Assembly: GCA_949451655.1 (NCBI GenBank)
Contig: CASTST010000003.1
Location: 1 to 53,317, forward strand
DNA from: an uncultured Eubacteriales bacterium
GTDB taxonomy: Bacteria > Bacillota > Clostridia > Oscillospirales > CAG-272
Direction: 5' to 3'
Length of the DNA stretch: 53,317 bases
The notes below the pieces were generated by a model. The model had not been told where the DNA came from and did not search any database. It saw only the letters and a program-made list of their open reading frames with translations. Position numbers and translations under genes: made by a program. Within the stretch, counting starts at the first letter, position 1. Every line of letters begins with the position of its first letter. Of the stretch, positions 35,395 through 44,989 are shown in pieces.

Positions 35395-36297
35395 ATGGTA
35401 ACAAACCGCATGAAACTGGAGCTGTGTAACATTACAAAATCCTTCGGAGAAAAGCAGGTGCTGGATGGTATTACCTTTGAGGCGCAGAGCGGTAAGGCAT
35501 TCGGATTGCTCGGCAGAAACGGAGCCGGAAAAACCACTTCTATCCGTATTTTAATGGACGTATTTCCCCCAGACAGCGGAGAAGTTCTCATAGATGGACG
35601 CCCTATTGATTATAAAAAGGTGCAGATCGGCTATCTGCCGGAGGAGCGAGGACTATATCCTAAAAAATTGATTATAGATCAGCTCGTATACTTTGCACAG
35701 CTAAAAGGAATGCATCGCCGGGATGCTGTAGCGGCAGTAGATTTCTGGCTGGAGCGGCTGGGCATGTCAGAATACCGGAACAGACGGCTGGACACCCTCT
35801 CCAAAGGAAATCAGCAAAAGATTCAGCTCATCACCGCGCTGGCACACGATCCGGACATTGTAATTCTGGATGAACCTTTTTCCGGGCTGGATCCGGTGAA
35901 CGCAATGCTGCTCAAAGATGTTGTGAAAGAACAGATCTCTAAGGGAAAAATCGTTCTTTTCTCCAGCCATCAGATGAACTATATAGAAGAATTTTGCGAC
36001 AACATCGCCATATTGGCAAGCGGCAAGGTCGCTCTGACAGGAAATCTCCATGATATCAAACGGAATTATGTACGGGACCGTCTGGTTGTGCAAACGGAAA
36101 ATCCTGAGGCAGTCAAAAAGGATTTCGGCGACTGCTGCACCGATATACCCGGCGGCGGACTGATGATTCAGCTTGCAGATCCGGGCGAGAAAAAAGCAAT
36201 GATGCGCCGTTTGGTGGACACATACGATATCGACAGCGTCAAGGTATTTGAACCTTCTTTGAACGATATTTTTGTACAGTATGCGGGAACCAAATAA
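35395..36297 (+). CDS. ABC transporter ATP-binding protein (ABC-2 / NatA-like exporter subunit)
   Basis: Walker A GRNGAGKTT, Q-loop, signature LSKGNQQK, Walker B IVILDEPFSGLD, H-loop SSHQM. Confidence 0.9.
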   Translation: MVTNRMKLELCNITKSFGEKQVLDGITFEAQSGKAFGLLGRNGAGKTTSIRILMDVFPPDSGEVLIDGRPIDYKKVQIGYLPEERGLYPKKLIIDQLVYFAQLKGMHRRDAVAAVDFWLERLGMSEYRNRRLDTLSKGNQQKIQLITALAHDPDIVILDEPFSGLDPVNAMLLKDVVKEQISKGKIVLFSSHQMNYIEEFCDNIAILASGKVALTGNLHDIKRNYVRDRLVVQTENPEAVKKDFGDCCTDIPGGGLMIQLADPGEKKAMMRRLVDTYDIDSVKVFEPSLNDIFVQYAGTK

Positions 36298-36313
36298 AGG
36301 AGGGGTGATAATT

Positions 36314-37561
36314 ATGAATCAATTTGGTAAAATTCTCAGGTTTGAGCTGAAATATTACTTTAAAAACAAAATTTTTGTGGGCGTTACAGTAGCACTGGCG
36401 CTTTTGATTGCCGCGGTCATGTTCTTTCCCCGGATTTCCGAAGCTATGCAGTCCGGAGAAACAGAAGGCGGCGAAACCGAAGCAAATCCAATCATGCTGG
36501 TACAGGTAGAAACAGCAGAAGATACAGATATGATACGAACTGCTTTTGCCGCCGCATTTCCGGGATATGATGTGCAAGTCACAGACAAAAGCGCAGCAGA
36601 AGTGCAGGATCAGATTACTGCCGGTGAAGCGGAATGCGCTTTTATAATCACTTCCCCTACTGCATATTCCTACTATGTAAACACTTTGTCCATGTATGAC
36701 ACAAACACAGAAATCGCAGGCAGCGTACTGCAAAATCTGTATCGAATGAACGCAATGATTGGCAGCGGAATGACGCCGGAAGAAGCGGACAAAGCAATCA
36801 ACGTAGAAATAGACGGCGATGTGGTCAATCTTGGCAAAGACCAGTTTCAAAATTATTTTTACACATATATTATGATTTTTGCGTTGTATATGGTTATTCT
36901 TCTGTACGGTCAGATGGTGGCAACCAACGTGGCGACGGAAAAAAGCTCCCGTGCAATGGAGCTGCTTATTACCAGTGCCCGCCCCACCAGTATGATGTTC
37001 GGCAAGGTGGTCGCCTCCTGTCTTGCAGGGCTGGTGCAGCTTGTGGTAGTATTCGGATCGGCGTTTCTGTTTTATAATGTAAACAAATCTTACTGGGCAG
37101 ACAATAGTATTGTGCAGTCTATTTTCAACATCCCGGTAGATTTGCTGGTTTACATGCTGATTTTCTTCATTTTAGGATTTTTCATTTATGCATTCCTGTA
37201 TGGTGCAATCGGCTCCACCGCATCCAAACTGGAAGACATCAACACTTCTGTCATGCCGCTGACATTCTTGTTCATCATTGGATTTGTTGTAGTTATCTCC
37301 TCCATTTCCTCCGGGAACGTGGACAACACAATTATAAAGATTTGTTCCTACGTACCGTTTACGTCCCCCATGGCAATGTTTGCACGCATCGCCATGAGCA
37401 GTACCGTAGCGTGGTATGAAATCGTGATTTCTATTGGAATCCTGACCGGATCCGTTTTGGGAATCGGTGTTCTGTGCGCAAAAATCTATCGGGTAGGCGT
37501 GCTTCTTTACGGAACCACACCAAAGCTTGGATCCGTTTTGAAAGCCGTATGGCGGGCGTGA
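36314..37561 (+). CDS. ABC-2 family transporter permease (NatB-like, large extracytoplasmic loop)
   Basis: One N-terminal TM segment, a soluble loop of about 150 aa, then five or six TM segments with EKSSRAMELLITSARP, which is typical of ABC-2 permeases. RBS AAAGGAGGGG. Confidence 0.8.
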   Translation: MNQFGKILRFELKYYFKNKIFVGVTVALALLIAAVMFFPRISEAMQSGETEGGETEANPIMLVQVETAEDTDMIRTAFAAAFPGYDVQVTDKSAAEVQDQITAGEAECAFIITSPTAYSYYVNTLSMYDTNTEIAGSVLQNLYRMNAMIGSGMTPEEADKAINVEIDGDVVNLGKDQFQNYFYTYIMIFALYMVILLYGQMVATNVATEKSSRAMELLITSARPTSMMFGKVVASCLAGLVQLVVVFGSAFLFYNVNKSYWADNSIVQSIFNIPVDLLVYMLIFFILGFFIYAFLYGAIGSTASKLEDINTSVMPLTFLFIIGFVVVISSISSGNVDNTIIKICSYVPFTSPMAMFARIAMSSTVAWYEIVISIGILTGSVLGIGVLCAKIYRVGVLLYGTTPKLGSVLKAVWRA

Positions 37562-37589
37562 AGCAGGGGTGAGATATCATAAAGTTTCC

Positions 37590-38015
37590 TGCAAAAGGGT
37601 GGTGGCACGCCGTAATCTCTCCACCCCAATCAAGCTCTCTGTACAAGGGAAAGCAATCACGCCGCACCACACCTGACTAAGCCTGTCCAATATGAAAAGC
37701 CCCTCCCGTGCTGGAACCGCATAACGTATATCTAAAGTCCCCTTGTGCAAAGGGGGGTGCCGATGTAATCGGCGGGGGGATTGTCTGCACATGTTGCCGA
37801 TTTACTGATCCTGCGAAATGATCGTATGACAATCCCCCACCCGCTAATGCGGGAGCCCCCTTTGCACAAGGGGGCCTTTTTATTTAGGATATTGCAGGAG
37901 CTTCCTTTGCACATGGGGGGCTTTTATTTAGGATATCGCGGGAGCCCCCTTTACACATGGGAGCCTTTTTATTTAGGATATCGCAGGAGCTTCCTTTGCT
38001 GGGTGGTCTTATTAG
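37590..38015 (+). repeat. Mosaic repeat cluster: degenerate A-type units, one core element, three tandem ~46-bp D+E units
   Basis: Core at 37737-37882. Tandem units TAGGATATCGC(R)GGAGC-YYCCTTTGCACATGGG-GCCTTTTATT lie at about 37884-37928, 37929-37975 and 37976-38014. Confidence 0.85.
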
Positions 38016-38044
38016 AATGGCGCTCCAGCAATTATGCTTACAAT

Positions 38045-38074
38045 AAAAAGCCACCGTTATCCGGTGGCTTTTTT
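38045..38074. terminator. Bidirectional rho-independent terminator
   Basis: AAAAA-GCCACCG-TTATC-CGGTGGC-TTTTTT. Confidence 0.8.
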
Positions 38075-38084
38075 CATAATAAAA

Positions 38085-38582
38085 TCAATTGAAATATGTA
38101 TTATAGTCCGCAGTGTAGAACCATACAAGCGCATCTCCGTCCTGGAGAATATAATCCTTTGCGCCCACAGAAGCCAGTTCGCCATTGACCTGGAACATCC
38201 ATCCGGAGTTTTCTCCTGCATCCATAGCGGACAAGCCACCGATTCCTGTAACATATCCATCAGAGTGAACCAACGAAATATCGTTTTTCTTTGTGATCTC
38301 TGTCAGCACTGTAAAGGCGTCTACTTCGCCGTCGAAGGTATATTCTGTTTCCTTCAGAATCTCCGGGGTTTCCCAGATGTCATCTGTGACAGTATCATCA
38401 CAGATGATTTTTATTGTTGCAGTGTTGGTGTTTTCTGCTGTAGTTTCCTTTTTTTCCTCTACTGTTGTTACAGGATCCTTCTGATCGTCGCCTGTTCCGC
38501 CATTTTGGCAGGAAACAAGGGAACACAGCAGGATCACTGCCAGACACAGTGCCAGAAACCTTGAAATTTTTGTGTTTTGCAT
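38085..38582 (-). CDS. DUF4430-domain lipoprotein
   Basis: Lipobox LVSCQ after a signal sequence. The C-terminal segment GWMFQVNGELASVGAKDYILQDGDALVWFYT is characteristic of DUF4430. Confidence 0.75.
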   Translation of the reverse strand: MQNTKISRFLALCLAVILLCSLVSCQNGGTGDDQKDPVTTVEEKKETTAENTNTATIKIICDDTVTDDIWETPEILKETEYTFDGEVDAFTVLTEITKKNDISLVHSDGYVTGIGGLSAMDAGENSGWMFQVNGELASVGAKDYILQDGDALVWFYTADYNTYFN

Positions 38583-38638
38583 GTTGTATAAATCCTTTCT
38601 TTTTTCATAGTTATATGATCACCCGCGCCTGCCGGCTT

Positions 38639-39544
38639 TTATCCGCAAGCAGCGCAGCGTTCATAATAAAATAAATACTGTTGGGCAAGCCCTGCCCAGT
38701 TTCCGAATACAGTTGGATCCAGCTTGCCGCCGAATCGGGTGTCGATCACCCGCTGCATCCAAACGTCCACCGGAAACGCTTCTGTTTTGTTGAATCCGAA
38801 CAGCAGCGCACAGGCGGATACCTTCGGTCCTACCCCACGCAGACTGCATAGGAGCTCCCGGGCTTCTTCGTAGATTTGCGTGTTCTGCACCTGATCCAGA
38901 GAAAATGCTCCGCTTGCTATTTTGCAGGCAGCTTCCCATATATAGGATGCGCGAAAGCCTGCGCCAAGGGAAAAGATTGCGTCTTTTCCCGCCCCTGCCA
39001 GCGCATCCGGTGTAGGAAATGCCCAACCACCAGTGATCTGTTCTCCATATTCCCGACACAGGGCTTCGATGATTTTGCGGATTCGGGGAATATTGTTGTT
39101 TTGAGAAATAATAAAGGAACAAAGCGCTTCCCACGGTTCTTGGCGTAGAATCCGGATTCCTCTGGATGCTTCCAGCGCTGTTTGCATGTGCTGTCGGGAA
39201 GCGCCGGTCAGTGCTCTTTGAATCTGCTGATTTGCCTGCACATAATCTGCATCCAATCCAAGATATTGCTTCCATATTGTTTGAAAATCCTCCGGACTTG
39301 CATAAACAAAAAGGTGTATTCCATTGTCCGCAAAAGCAACTTGTTTTCCATAGGCGATGCCGGAAACAGCATTTTTACAGTCAGCAGGCGGAAGAGGAAT
39401 TTCATCAGAAAGGGGACCAAATCGAAAGCACTGCCCACAGTCGAATGTGCGGGCGGTGGAAAAGTCTCCTTCGAAGGAGATTTCCAGCCAGTGATTTTCT
39501 TCAGATAGAATCGTAGGTGCGCGCATGGGGTTCCTTTCTGCCAA
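38639..39544 (-). CDS. HhH-GPD DNA glycosylase (8-oxoguanine glycosylase / AlkA-like)
   Basis: An N-terminal OGG_N-like region is followed by the helix-hairpin-helix LRGVGPKVSACALLFGF and the catalytic-region motif FPVDVWMQR. Confidence 0.8.
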   Translation of the reverse strand: MAERNPMRAPTILSEENHWLEISFEGDFSTARTFDCGQCFRFGPLSDEIPLPPADCKNAVSGIAYGKQVAFADNGIHLFVYASPEDFQTIWKQYLGLDADYVQANQQIQRALTGASRQHMQTALEASRGIRILRQEPWEALCSFIISQNNNIPRIRKIIEALCREYGEQITGGWAFPTPDALAGAGKDAIFSLGAGFRASYIWEAACKIASGAFSLDQVQNTQIYEEARELLCSLRGVGPKVSACALLFGFNKTEAFPVDVWMQRVIDTRFGGKLDPTVFGNWAGLAQQYLFYYERCAACG

Positions 39545-39548
39545 TTCG

Positions 39549-39577
39549 TTGACAAAACGGGATATTTATGCTACAGT
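39549..39577 (+). promoter_or_regulatory. Candidate sigma-A promoter
   Basis: TTGACA, 17-bp spacer, TACAGT. It lies 30 nt upstream of the 39607 start. Confidence 0.5.
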
Positions 39578-39606
39578 GAGCTAAAACAGGGGGGAGCATA
39601 GTAGTT

Positions 39607-40311
39607 ATGGAACAGATTTATACAATACCGGTAAACGAGGCGTTTGAAGCAGGGCAGCAGGATCCGACCCTGGGATGTCCTTTTTGCCGCCTGCGGGAAA
39701 AATTATGTAAAGAGGAAATCGAACGGGTGCTTGGTGCGGCAATGATGGAACCGGACACCCGTAAAGAAACCAACGAACACGGTTTTTGTGCCCGTCATAT
39801 GGATCAGATGTTGTCTGCCGGCAAGCGGCTGCCATTAGCACTGATTCTGGAAAGTCACCTTACTGAAATCGCGGATGCTATGAAAAAGCCCGGATTGATG
39901 CCTGCCGTCTCCGGTGCAGATGCGGCGAAAAAACTGGGGAATATGGCGGATGACTGCTATGTATGCAGCCGGGTGGAGTTTCATTTTACGCATATGTTGG
40001 AAACAGCGGCGCTGCTTTGGGAAACCGATGGAACATTCCGCGAAAAGTGCCTGTTCCAGCCGTATTTTTGCCTGCCACATTTTGCCCGTTTTCTGAAAGC
40101 CGCGCGGGAGCGGATGAAGGGAAAAGAGTACGGTGCGTTTTACAAACAGATTCACGAAAAAGAGGCGACATTTTTGGAGAAACTCGGCACAGACGTTAGT
40201 TGGTTTGTTAAAAAGTTTGACTACCGGTATGCGGACGAGCCGTGGAACGACGCGAAAGATGCAATCGAACGTGCGGCTGCCTTTTTGAACGGAAACGAGG
40301 GAACGATATAA
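39607..40311 (+). CDS. Conserved hypothetical cysteine-rich protein (possible metal-binding)
   Basis: Paired Cys/His motifs CPFC, GFCARH, CYVC, CLPHF. I make no firm family assignment from memory. Confidence 0.5.
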   Translation: MEQIYTIPVNEAFEAGQQDPTLGCPFCRLREKLCKEEIERVLGAAMMEPDTRKETNEHGFCARHMDQMLSAGKRLPLALILESHLTEIADAMKKPGLMPAVSGADAAKKLGNMADDCYVCSRVEFHFTHMLETAALLWETDGTFREKCLFQPYFCLPHFARFLKAARERMKGKEYGAFYKQIHEKEATFLEKLGTDVSWFVKKFDYRYADEPWNDAKDAIERAAAFLNGNEGTI

Positions 40312-40389
40312 AATACCGAAGAATTTGTTCTGTAGCTATTTTACCATAAACCAGAGAAAAAGCAAGGACATTTTCGCACCAAAAAATAC

Positions 40390-40930
40390 CTGCGATGGCT
40401 CCCTTTGGTGGGGGAGCCTACCAATCTATACCCTGAGCCTCCCCAGTGAAGGAGTTTGCTTTGCAGCCTCCCGGGGAGGTAGCGCGGCGCATCCCCTCTA
40501 ATGAAAGCCTCCCCTGTGCAAGGGGAGGTGGGTTTTGCGCAGCAAAACTCGGAGGGGTTGTCTTACTACACATACTGCCGATTTATTGATCCTGAAATAT
40601 GATCGTATAACAATCCCTCACCCGCTACGCGGGAGCTCCCTTTGCCGGAGGAGTTTACCAATCTATACCCTAAGCCTCCCCAGTGAAGGAGTTTGCTTTG
40701 CAGCCTCCCGGGGAGGTAGCGCGGCGCATCCCCTCTAATGAAAGCCTCCCCTGTGCAAGGGGAGGTGGGTTTTGCGCAGCAAAACTCGGAGGGGTTGGCA
40801 CATACTATCGATTTTTAACTCCTGTAAAATGACTGTATTACAATCCCTCAGTCGCTTCGCGACAGCTCCCTTTGCCGGGGGGAGCCTTTTATTTGGAAGA
40901 CTTCGCGGGAGCCCCTTTGCCGGGGCACCC
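40390..40930 (+). repeat. Mosaic repeat cluster containing a 237-bp tandem duplication, each copy carrying a core element
   Basis: Units at 40397-40633 and 40634-40870. Core copies at 40507-40655 and 40744-40893. One more E-type hairpin lies at about 40900-40935. Confidence 0.85.
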
Positions 40931-40932
40931 TT

Positions 40933-43900
40933 TTATGTGCAATTGGGCACAGAAATACAATCTCCAAGTGCCAGAGAATACAAATACACCTCGTCAAAAG
41001 GACGACCCAGCATATCCGCACAAAGTTCCCTGTAAAGATTGATCTGCCGCATATGTCTTGACAGCAGCTTATCTGCCGCAAGGGCAGGATTTTCTTTTTC
41101 CTCTGCCGTCAGCCGATCCGTTTTATAGTCGAGCAGTACGGCTCGTCCTTGTTCATCTATAAACATACAGTCAACAACACCCTGTACGGTAATATCTGTT
41201 CCGGACGCTGCAAGCTTGTCACGAAGCACCGGATCCGTTGTGAATCGGGAGGCAGGAAGCACCGCGTTGAATCGGAACTCCCGATACATCTCCCGGGCGC
41301 ACACCATTCTTTCAAATATAGACGTTCGGGTGAAGGCTGTAATTTCCTCCAGCCGCACCAGTTCCGCCTGCTCCTTCGTCAAAAACGCCTGCTCCTGCAA
41401 TAGCGTCAGTTCCGCATCCGCTCCTGTTTCACGCAGCCTGCTGTAATCGCAAAACTGCATATACAAGTGGGTCGCAATACCAGCTTGCGCAGCAGTAGCT
41501 TTACCGGGCTTTGACAGAAATGCAGGCATGGGAATCACCGTGTCCGTCTCCCGCTTTGCCGGAGGCGTTGGATCAATGGTGATTGTCTCCGGTTCCTGCT
41601 GGTTGAGTATATCCGGCTGCAAGGCAGACACAGTAAGCTTTGCAGGAATGTTTGCCAGATGCTCCAGAGGGTACGCAAAGGAAAACCGCTGCCGGAAAGT
41701 TTCCCGCCACACATTCTGCTCCTCGGATGACACCTGCATTCTGTCGTTTTCCGTCCGAACTGCGTCTGTACAAGCCCTCTCATTTTCACCAATCACAAAC
41801 CGGAAGCATCCGGCGTTCATATGCCGTACTGCACCGTCTATGATCCACTGTCCCAGACAATTACAGGAAAGAATTTCATAAACATCCGCCGGATGCGCCG
41901 ACCGTGCATGCGCCTGTTCCAGAACTTTCTCCGGCTCCGTCGCCATGCAGGTAATATACAGCCGCTCTCTTGGGCGGGTCAGCGCCACATACAGCACCCG
42001 CATCTCCTCCTGAATCATCCGTTCCTGCAAGCTTTTGGCCGCGGAACATCGCAGAGGCGTGTCGCACCGGACAAGTCCGCCCGGGTCATACAGCTTCACG
42101 CAGGGACCGCTATCCGGGCAAAACAGCACCCGGTCCGACAGCCCTCTCACATTGAATTTCCGTGCCGTATCCGAAAGAAAGCATATAGGATATTCCAATC
42201 CCTTTGAACGGTGAATCGTGGTTATCGTCACTGCATCCTCTGCAGGAAGCTGCCCGCCTCCGTCCTTTTGCTCCATCAAACCGTTCAGAAGCCGGATAAA
42301 ATCGTGGAGTCCGCCGCCTTGTCTGCCGCACCCTACCGCATGGGACGTAAGCAGCTTCAGAGAACGCCGGATCTGGGTGTTGCTTCGTTTATCATCGCCG
42401 CGGTAATATAAAAATCCAGTATCTCGGACAATCGTCTGCAAAATCTCATCTGCACGCATATATCGGGCGTGCGCCCGCCAATCCTCCACCTGCTCTGCAA
42501 ATGCGGCGCATCGGGTTCCAAGGGGAGTGGCACATGCGGCAGTACGCTGCACGCTGTACCACAGCGGTCCCTTTTCCGTCCCCCGGATATTTACTAAATC
42601 ATCCAATGTAAATCCAAAGAGAGGGCTTTTCATCGCGCCCGCCAGATAGATATCCCGCAGGGGGTTATCGACTGTATTCAACAGGCACAGCATTAAAATC
42701 ACTTCACTGCAGGCAAAAAACGGATCCGCCGCACTGTTTGCCGCTGCAATGCCCCGCCGTGCCAATGCGTCTGCATACGCTGCCGCTTGCCTGCCGGAAC
42801 GCAGCAGAATTGCAATATCCCCCGGGCGCACCGGCGATCCGTCAGACAGGGTTTCACCCTGCAAAAGCGCATGAATCCGTCCGGCAACATATTCTGCCTC
42901 CGCATTTGCAGGAGCGGCTTCTTCGTCATCCTCCGGCGCAGGAATCAGACAGATTTCAACCGGAGCAGAGTCCCCGGACTTTGTACATATTAGTTCATCC
43001 TTCTCATCAAAGGGAGTATCCCCAGCCGCAAACATATATCTGGAAATCAGGTTGGCAAAATCAATTACTGCGCGCCGGGAACGAAAATTTTCCTGCATGA
43101 ATATCGCCTGTCCGCCGTCTCCCGCTTCATAACTGGTTCGGTAATAGGTAAACACCTCGGGACATGCTCCGCGGAATCCGTAAATCGACTGCTTCACATC
43201 CCCGACCATAAACCGGCGGCTGCCGGCAGACACCGCGGAAAACACCTGATCCTGTATACGGTTGGTATCCTGATACTCGTCGATAAAAATATAATCAAAC
43301 TGCCGCCCTGTCTCTATTGCCGCAGGAGTTGGCGCACCTGTATCTGTGCAGAAAATCCTGTTTGCGTATACCTCCAAATCAGCAAAATCTATGCGTCCCA
43401 GTTCCTGCTTTTTTTCCGTATACCGTTTCTCAAAATCTGAAAGCACCCGCGCCGCAGCCCGTACAATCGCGGCATTTTGCTCCATCAATCTTGCCATTTT
43501 CTCTGGATCAGGCAGAAAAAAGAGCCGCCGCAAGCTTTTGATTTCATCACCGAATTCCTGACGGGCTTCTTTAAACTGCACATATTCCTCCGTCTGTTTT
43601 TCTGCCTTCAGCGGAGACAGACGCGGCTGTGTAAAAGTTTCCATCCAAGATCGGACTGCTTCATAGCTATGATCTGCCAAACCGGTCAGTTCTCCGGCAA
43701 GCCGAGCAGATTCCAAAGCCAACGCGCTGTATTTTTCCGTATCAGCGCACGCAGACAATGCAAAAGAAAGCCGTTCAAAAATCTGACGGAAATGCTGTCC
43801 CGCGCGCTGCATCTGCCGGCGGATCGGCACACCGAATACAGACGCAAGAAAATCTCCCGTGCCCGCCTGGGTTTCTTCTGCCCACCGGTACAAACCAGCA

Positions 43901-44487
43901 GCACAATATCCCTCAGATACGATTCCACCCCGCAGAGACAGCAGTGCTGTGTCCAGTGATGTTTCATCCCTTCCTCCGGAAAAGCAGTCTGCAAGGGCTT
44001 CGAATTCCGCCTCGTCCGCATCTGCCAAAACGGGCGAATCAAAAAATGCATCCACCGTTTCCTGCATCAATTCTTTTTGCAGTACTATCGCCTGTGCTTC
44101 TTCCAATATGGAGAAATCCGGCGGCAATCCAAGCTGTGCGTAATAGGGCTGAAGCGAGGAGAGGAAAAAGCTGTGAATGGTGGTAATTTTGGCGCCCGGC
44201 AGTATTGCCAGTTCCCGCAGCAGTCTGCGGTTGCCAGGATCTTTCGCAAGCGTCGCCGTCAGTGCGTCTGCAATCCGGCTGCGCAGTTCCCCTGCTGCCG
44301 CATTGGTAAAGGTAACAATCAGCATCCGGGACAGGCTGACTTCCTCCCCCGAGTCTGTCAAAAGGCGGATGATCCGCTGGGTCAGGGTAGCCGTTTTTCC
44401 GCTTCCCGCAGCGGCGGACAAAATCAGATTGTCACCGTCAAAATCAATTGCCGCCTGCTGCGCGGCAGTCCATGTACGCTCTGCCAT
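40933..44487 (-). CDS. addA: ATP-dependent helicase/nuclease subunit A (AddA)
   Basis: 1184 aa. UvrD-type motif I AAAGSGKTATL, DEYQDT, and a C-terminal PD-(D/E)xK nuclease motif GVVDCMFIDEQGRAVLLDYKTD. Confidence 0.9.
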   Translation of the reverse strand: MAERTWTAAQQAAIDFDGDNLILSAAAGSGKTATLTQRIIRLLTDSGEEVSLSRMLIVTFTNAAAGELRSRIADALTATLAKDPGNRRLLRELAILPGAKITTIHSFFLSSLQPYYAQLGLPPDFSILEEAQAIVLQKELMQETVDAFFDSPVLADADEAEFEALADCFSGGRDETSLDTALLSLRGGIVSEGYCAAGLYRWAEETQAGTGDFLASVFGVPIRRQMQRAGQHFRQIFERLSFALSACADTEKYSALALESARLAGELTGLADHSYEAVRSWMETFTQPRLSPLKAEKQTEEYVQFKEARQEFGDEIKSLRRLFFLPDPEKMARLMEQNAAIVRAAARVLSDFEKRYTEKKQELGRIDFADLEVYANRIFCTDTGAPTPAAIETGRQFDYIFIDEYQDTNRIQDQVFSAVSAGSRRFMVGDVKQSIYGFRGACPEVFTYYRTSYEAGDGGQAIFMQENFRSRRAVIDFANLISRYMFAAGDTPFDEKDELICTKSGDSAPVEICLIPAPEDDEEAAPANAEAEYVAGRIHALLQGETLSDGSPVRPGDIAILLRSGRQAAAYADALARRGIAAANSAADPFFACSEVILMLCLLNTVDNPLRDIYLAGAMKSPLFGFTLDDLVNIRGTEKGPLWYSVQRTAACATPLGTRCAAFAEQVEDWRAHARYMRADEILQTIVRDTGFLYYRGDDKRSNTQIRRSLKLLTSHAVGCGRQGGGLHDFIRLLNGLMEQKDGGGQLPAEDAVTITTIHRSKGLEYPICFLSDTARKFNVRGLSDRVLFCPDSGPCVKLYDPGGLVRCDTPLRCSAAKSLQERMIQEEMRVLYVALTRPRERLYITCMATEPEKVLEQAHARSAHPADVYEILSCNCLGQWIIDGAVRHMNAGCFRFVIGENERACTDAVRTENDRMQVSSEEQNVWRETFRQRFSFAYPLEHLANIPAKLTVSALQPDILNQQEPETITIDPTPPAKRETDTVIPMPAFLSKPGKATAAQAGIATHLYMQFCDYSRLRETGADAELTLLQEQAFLTKEQAELVRLEEITAFTRTSIFERMVCAREMYREFRFNAVLPASRFTTDPVLRDKLAASGTDITVQGVVDCMFIDEQGRAVLLDYKTDRLTAEEKENPALAADKLLSRHMRQINLYRELCADMLGRPFDEVYLYSLALGDCISVPNCT

Positions 44488-44519
44488 TTTTCATCCGCCT
44501 TTCTGTGAATTTTTTAAGC

Positions 44520-44905
44520 TTTAGCTTCTCCTTTACAGGGAGACTTGTGAAGTTTCACTCCCTTTGTCGGGGAAGACTTTACGTAGCCCATATCTCCCTG
44601 TGCAAGAGAATGTGGTACGCCGCTGATACTACACAAAAGAAAGTAGCTCGCTGCCGATACTATAATACTTATGCCCCCTTGTACAAAAGGAGGTGGGCTC
44701 GCTGTCGACACTATAATACTTATGCCCCCCTTGTGCAAAGGGGGGGTGTCGCGATAGCGACGGGGGGATTGTGTATAATACTGCCGATTTGCAGATCCTG
44801 CAAAATGATAACATGACAATCCCTCACCCGCTTCGCGGGAGCTCCCTTTGCACAAGGGAGCCTTTTATGGTTTGAGGTTGACCGCTAGTGCCCTTTGATG
44901 GGGGG
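44520..44905 (+). repeat. Mosaic repeat cluster located between addB and addA
   Basis: Tandem A-type units of about 53 bp at 44643-44695 and 44696-44748. A core element lies at 44724-44867 on the plus strand, antisense to the add genes. Further degenerate hairpins are present. Confidence 0.85.
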
Positions 44906-44989
44906 AAGCTTTTAATATGGGTGATAACGGAGCCAGATCCCTATGGAGCCACGCAGTGGATCTCCACATGGGAGCCTATTATCACTCCT

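Noticed and set aside
38034-38564. 176-aa plus-strand ORF opposite the DUF4430 gene
   Set aside because: It is antisense to a lipoprotein gene with a clear signal/lipobox and a conserved DUF4430 C-terminus. Its composition is Cys/Phe-rich and it starts inside a terminator.
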